Below are positions 59,542-64,000 of a stretch of 64,000 nt of DNA, piece by piece. Every line of letters begins with the position of its first letter. The first letter of the stretch is position 1. Source of the stretch: Legionellales bacterium (GTDB taxonomy: Bacteria > Pseudomonadota > Gammaproteobacteria > UBA1113); NCBI GenBank assembly GCA_002709565.1, contig PAPY01000040.1, positions 2,319 to 66,318 of the forward strand, read 5' to 3'. The translations under genes and the position numbers were made by a program. Under the pieces are notes generated by a model. The model saw nothing but the letters and a program-made list of their open reading frames with translations. It did not search any database and had not been told where the DNA came from.

Positions 59542-62500
59542 TTACCCCAATTTCTCCGGCAAACTAAAATCTTGTAGCAAATTTGGCGTAAATGGATTCA
59601 AGTCTGTTTTACTGGTGATAGTTGTTGCGGTGGAGAAACCATTCAAGTCAAAGGCGACGTTCAGTTGCTTCGGTGAATTGGTCGTAGTAATGGTAGCTTT
59701 GTCTAAGACGCGCAACCAAGCCCAGGGGCCTGCTTCAGTTTGCTTGTTGGTATCATGATTATTGTCAGTATAGGCAATGGTGGCAGAATGCATGGCAGAG
59801 TCATCAGGCCATTGGAAATTGGCCGGCTTGTTGCTCGCTGGCTTGAAGCTACCATGCTGCTTATCGATATCCAGACTGAATTCAGCAAGATTGTTATCTA
59901 ATTCTTTAGCGCTAACACTGAAGGCCACATTCACTTGGACACTATTATCAGGGAAAAACACACTCTGGATAATAGCAGCTTGGTGTAATGTAGTAATGAT
60001 GTCATCATTAAAACCAATGGCTAAGCCATCGACTTTTTGCCAGGTCCACTTGCCTTGTTTAGTATCAATAAATGGGAATAAATAATTCGCGAAAAAACTA
60101 TTCAGTACACCATTGGGGGAGAAGAATTGATTGAACGCGGCCAAACTGGTATCGGTTAAGGCTTGTTTATCCATGGGATAGTGACCACTGATGTCATTAT
60201 TATAAGCGGGTACTACCGTGCTCGCCCATTGTTGACTGATATAGTGATTGGCATCTTTTAAAATATAACGCCAACTATTCTCGGTAATATTAGCCAACCA
60301 CCCTTTAATAGGTTGTGGTGCATTGTAGGCGGCTTTGAGCAATGCATCAAAGGCGTCGTCTTTACCTTTGATCACCATACGAATTTTGGCGGTGTTAAAT
60401 GCCATTTTGTTAGGTTCGCTGTCGGTGGTGATGTTCAGCAAAATTGTTTTGAGTTGCAATAAATTGCCGTGCAGAGAGTTCGATGATTTGCTATTAATAT
60501 CCGCCATGGTCTTATGGAAACGGGCAAACTTGATAGACACTGGTGTGGGTAGGTTGTCATAACTCAGGTGGGTGTTGTTATCGATAGCATTCAGTATCGT
60601 TAATAGTGGCGAGCTCTCAGCGGATAAGGCGTCAATTACCTGTATGGCTTGTTCAAGGTTCGCAATATTCACCATGTCTAAGGGTTCGAGCGTGGCTTGC
60701 CAGGCCGCCGTGTAGGCTTTCATGTAATGATCCCGCAATTGCCGGAACCAGGCGTCGTCGACAGTTTTTTTGTGGGTAGTATTGCCCAGGACCCAGTTAC
60801 CAGTCACGGCTTCTTGGACTGCAGCAGGCAATAATTCATTATAAACTTTAGCGAAATTCGTTTTGGTATAGATAGCCGGGATAGACAGCGTGTTGTCTTT
60901 TGCCTTAAAAATCTTGCCATAGGCATTGCCCGAAGGAATACTGAGACTGAGTGGCGGATGTTCTAAGGCAAAATCATTCTCAAGTACGGTCATCGTTAAT
61001 TGTTCAGGGGGCAAATGCGTCAATGCTTTGCGGGCTTGTTGGATTAATGCTGGATTTAGTTTAATGGGTTGTGGCTGATGAGCGAACAAGTAGTCCAAGT
61101 GGCTTTGTAATTGTTGTCGTTTTTCATCACTGTTAATTTGCTCGGCCCAGTGTTGTTGTACCCAATGACTAACAACAGACTGGTCTAATTGTTGTGGCGA
61201 GCCCAACATTAAATACGCTTCTAACGCGCTGTATAAGCTAGCCCCATCAATGTGTTTGCTATCGTGTAGCTGCTCGTGAATATTTTGTTGTACCGCTAAA
61301 CTGACAATGGATTGAATGGCATTAAGGTAAGCAAGTTCTGCGCTTTTAGCAATACGTTCTTGATGACGGTGAGCAAAGGGTGTAATGCGTTGGAAATTGT
61401 TATTCTGCAAATTACTCGCTGCCAGACCCAGAGCGTTAATAGCATCCAATGCTTGGCTTTCATCAAGGTGCTTTTGGGGTTGTTGCACGAGCACATCATA
61501 GTGGGCCATGGCAGACTCTGCTTGATTGACTTGCAAGAATGACGTCGAAAAATTATGGGTCCAATAGGCACCGGTGGCAATGACTAACAAGCCTGCGGCA
61601 CTCAAGGTCAAAGGCTGTAGCCATTTGTCTGTGGTCTTAGCTGGTGTCTCTTGCAATAGTTGTAACCGTTGGGCTTCAAGGAAAATTAAATCTCGAAACA
61701 AACCCATGGTAAAGAAAGCCTTGGGGATGCGAGGTTCTTGCTTTGGATTATAGAGTTGCAATTCAAAACTATTAGACAAAGGGTTTAACAGCCGGTCAAT
61801 GGTTTGACCTTGGGGGAAGGCGCTAGTGAAATAAATCCCACGTAATTTGCTAGGGCTGTTTAGAGTCGTAATGTCAGCAATATGCTGCAAGAAGTAAGCG
61901 ATGGGTTTTTTGATGCTTTCCATCTGTAGGGGGAAGTCTTTAATAAGCTCCCGTCGCTTTGGTGTGATTTCGTGGTGCATGACACTGATAAGGCGTTCAT
62001 TGAGACGCTTTAGGAGTTCGTCAAATTCGCTATCAAAGGTATCTAATACCCGCTGTTGTGAATTAGCAAGCTTGGCAAAGTTAATTCCCCACAACTGTTG
62101 TCGCTCTTCTTGATTCAAATGCTCAAAGAACTCACTGAAGCCTGCCAGATAATCGCATTTGGTGAATACCACATACAACGGAAATTCCCCTTGCAAGTGT
62201 TTTTGTACATCGAGGATCCGTTTACGTAAACTGATAAATGTCGCTCGCTGTTCTTCTTTGCTCTGCAGTGCCAAGCGTTCAACGCTAACCGTTAGAATCA
62301 AACCATTGAGACTTTGTTTGCGTTGGGATTTTAATAGCTCCAAAAACGCCAACCAAAGCTTGCGCTGACGGGGTTTGCGTTTGTGTTGAATGACAAAACT
62401 GCCCGAGGCATCGATAAATACGGCTTCTTTGGTTGCCCACCAATCGCAGTACTCAGTTTTGTTGAGAGGAAACACGGTATTGGATTTTTTGGCGAGGATA

Positions 62501-62928
62501 AAGTTTAAACCGGAGTTGGCAAGTAAGGATGATTTGCCGGCATCCAGGGTGCCCAGCATCAAGAACCACGGTAAATCAAACAGTTTCGCTGAGCTACCGT
62601 CTTTTTGGGTAGTGTCTGTGGTTTTAAGGAATTGAATCGCCCCCAAAAAACGCTGGCGCAAGCCTTCGGTTTCGAAATTATTGTCATCGTTAAAATCGTG
62701 TTGTGCGGCCCATTGTCGGGCTTTTAGCTGGATGCTCGCACACACACCGACCGTGAGCGTGAGACAAATCAAGATGGCAATAACCCGTGCTTGCGTCGCC
62801 AACAGGGGTAAGTTACCCGAGATATTCAGCAAGGGACCGTATTGCCAAATGGCCACGTTCAACGATAACGAGAGTAATACGGTAATGGTAATAAGAAATA
62901 AAGGGATTTTATTATTGTGCTGTTTCAT
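59542..62928 (-). CDS. icmF: IcmF (TssM family)
   Basis: LPWFLMLGTLDAGKSSLL, CDWWA, LNGLIL, LRGIYFTS, LEAYLML, GPWAWLR. Convergent with icmB as in Legionella. Confidence 0.92.
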   Translation of the reverse strand: MKQHNNKIPLFLITITVLLSLSLNVAIWQYGPLLNISGNLPLLATQARVIAILICLTLTVGVCASIQLKARQWAAQHDFNDDNNFETEGLRQRFLGAIQFLKTTDTTQKDGSSAKLFDLPWFLMLGTLDAGKSSLLANSGLNFILAKKSNTVFPLNKTEYCDWWATKEAVFIDASGSFVIQHKRKPRQRKLWLAFLELLKSQRKQSLNGLILTVSVERLALQSKEEQRATFISLRKRILDVQKHLQGEFPLYVVFTKCDYLAGFSEFFEHLNQEERQQLWGINFAKLANSQQRVLDTFDSEFDELLKRLNERLISVMHHEITPKRRELIKDFPLQMESIKKPIAYFLQHIADITTLNSPSKLRGIYFTSAFPQGQTIDRLLNPLSNSFELQLYNPKQEPRIPKAFFTMGLFRDLIFLEAQRLQLLQETPAKTTDKWLQPLTLSAAGLLVIATGAYWTHNFSTSFLQVNQAESAMAHYDVLVQQPQKHLDESQALDAINALGLAASNLQNNNFQRITPFAHRHQERIAKSAELAYLNAIQSIVSLAVQQNIHEQLHDSKHIDGASLYSALEAYLMLGSPQQLDQSVVSHWVQQHWAEQINSDEKRQQLQSHLDYLFAHQPQPIKLNPALIQQARKALTHLPPEQLTMTVLENDFALEHPPLSLSIPSGNAYGKIFKAKDNTLSIPAIYTKTNFAKVYNELLPAAVQEAVTGNWVLGNTTHKKTVDDAWFRQLRDHYMKAYTAAWQATLEPLDMVNIANLEQAIQVIDALSAESSPLLTILNAIDNNTHLSYDNLPTPVSIKFARFHKTMADINSKSSNSLHGNLLQLKTILLNITTDSEPNKMAFNTAKIRMVIKGKDDAFDALLKAAYNAPQPIKGWLANITENSWRYILKDANHYISQQWASTVVPAYNNDISGHYPMDKQALTDTSLAAFNQFFSPNGVLNSFFANYLFPFIDTKQGKWTWQKVDGLAIGFNDDIITTLHQAAIIQSVFFPDNSVQVNVAFSVSAKELDNNLAEFSLDIDKQHGSFKPASNKPANFQWPDDSAMHSATIAYTDNNHDTNKQTEAGPWAWLRVLDKATITTTNSPKQLNVAFDLNGFSTATTITSKTDLNPFTPNLLQDFSLPEKLG

Positions 62929-63757
62929 AGGTTATGGTCTGTTGGGCGTTAATGGTATTCAGTCGCTGCTCTAAGGGTGTGCTTGTTAAGTTCAGCACAT
63001 AGCTATAGCCCAAATAAATCGTCGCCACGAACGCACCGGTCGCAATAGCGGTGGTTAACGGAGAAAAGTTAAATACGCTACGCTTTTTGCGGGGTAAGGC
63101 TTCATCATTGGCAGGGGCTTTTGCGAGTTTAGCGGTATAGTCCCCCCGTTCGTCTCGGATCAAACGGTAGAGTTCATCAATCAGATTAATTAATTGTTCG
63201 CCACCCTGTTCTTGGTTACGGAATTTGCCAGCAAAACCAAAACTCAAACAAATATAAATAAATTCTAACAAATCAATATGCGCCTGAGCATCATCGCGCA
63301 AGCGGTCCAGCATCATAAAGAATCGGTCACCACCCCAGGCTTCTCCCTGGAAGGTATGTAGCAAATTATTGGCATGCCATTGGGCCTCCATACCCCAGGC
63401 GGTTCCTTGGATGGTTTCATCTAAGGCACAACACATGGCATAACGGGCAGCAAGAATCTCATTGTCCCGATAACCACGGGTTTGGGCGGCACATTCAAAG
63501 GCTTTGATTTCATGGATAAGATTTTGCCGTAAGGCGTCGATATCATTATAGCTGTCACAACGCTTTAATTTGCTGATGAGCGAAAACAGGGCCGAGGCGG
63601 CAGCAATTAACGGGTTAACGCCGGTTTTGGCGATGAAAGTCTTAGATTGGCAATAACTTTGCAGACTCGACAACGGTTCCCGGGCCTTGCCAGGCTCTAA
63701 TGTCCCAGCAGCCTCGGGGGCAGACCCATCGTGTTGTAATAAGGATTCCGTTGGCAT
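62912..63757 (-). CDS. icmH: IcmH/DotU (TssL family)
   Basis: NPLIAAAS, ARYAMCCALDE, W...LLHTFQGEAWGGDRFF, LEFIYICLSFGFAGKF, C-terminal TM. Confidence 0.92.
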   Translation of the reverse strand: MPTESLLQHDGSAPEAAGTLEPGKAREPLSSLQSYCQSKTFIAKTGVNPLIAAASALFSLISKLKRCDSYNDIDALRQNLIHEIKAFECAAQTRGYRDNEILAARYAMCCALDETIQGTAWGMEAQWHANNLLHTFQGEAWGGDRFFMMLDRLRDDAQAHIDLLEFIYICLSFGFAGKFRNQEQGGEQLINLIDELYRLIRDERGDYTAKLAKAPANDEALPRKKRSVFNFSPLTTAIATGAFVATIYLGYSYVLNLTSTPLEQRLNTINAQQTITYETAQ

Positions 63758-63786
63758 AATACGTCCTGTTATTTATTTGGTTTGTT

Positions 63787-63931
63787 CAGCAGCTCCCGGC
63801 TAAGCCGTAAAGCTGCTTCCTGTGTACTATCGCCTGCGCGGCCAAGCCGCACGGACGGCGACCAAAGGGGGAAAATCGCGATTTCCCCCTTTGGAAACCC
63901 CCATCGCGAGATGTTAAGCGGGAGCCGCTGG
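63787..63931. mobile_element. MITE-like structured repeat, family A, copy 3 (145 bp)
   Basis: Same length and core palindrome as copy 1. Flanked by 8-bp direct repeats GGTTTGTT (63779-63786, 63932-63939). Confidence 0.82.
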
Positions 63932-64000
63932 GGTTTGTTTAACTGCTTTATCGCCAATATCTCGCCGATAAAACATGTTCGGCCATTCTATGGGGGCGAT

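Overview
Chromosomal window from a Legionellales-like gammaproteobacterium, inferred from the Dot/Icm gene set and gene order. It contains: (i) housekeeping genes (malic enzyme, rpoH with a CIRCE operator, folB/folK/folA, apaH, waaA, tolC, pcm, parE/parC, epmB/efp); (ii) a Dot/Icm type IVB secretion block icmN-icmL-icmL'-icmK-icmE-icmG-icmC-icmD-icmJ-icmB, convergent with icmH(dotU)-icmF; (iii) a separate five-gene T6SS-derived operon tssJ-tssK-tssL-tssM-tagF with no tube, spike, sheath, baseplate wedge or ClpV gene anywhere in the window; (iv) several orphan candidate effectors, three with Inc-like bilobed hydrophobic hairpins, one of them preceded by CpxR-like and PmrA-like boxes; (v) two families of small structured MITE-like repeats with target-site duplications, plus REP-like hairpin arrays; (vi) an inserted AAA+/winged-helix gene with an iterated operator array, an Rpn remnant retaining its antitoxin-like C-terminus, and toxin-antitoxin genes. 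The most notable observation is the coexistence of two different TssL/TssM-type membrane modules: one tied to Dot/Icm and one stand-alone with TssJ, TssK and TagF. All product calls come from motif and family recognition by eye; no database search was run.
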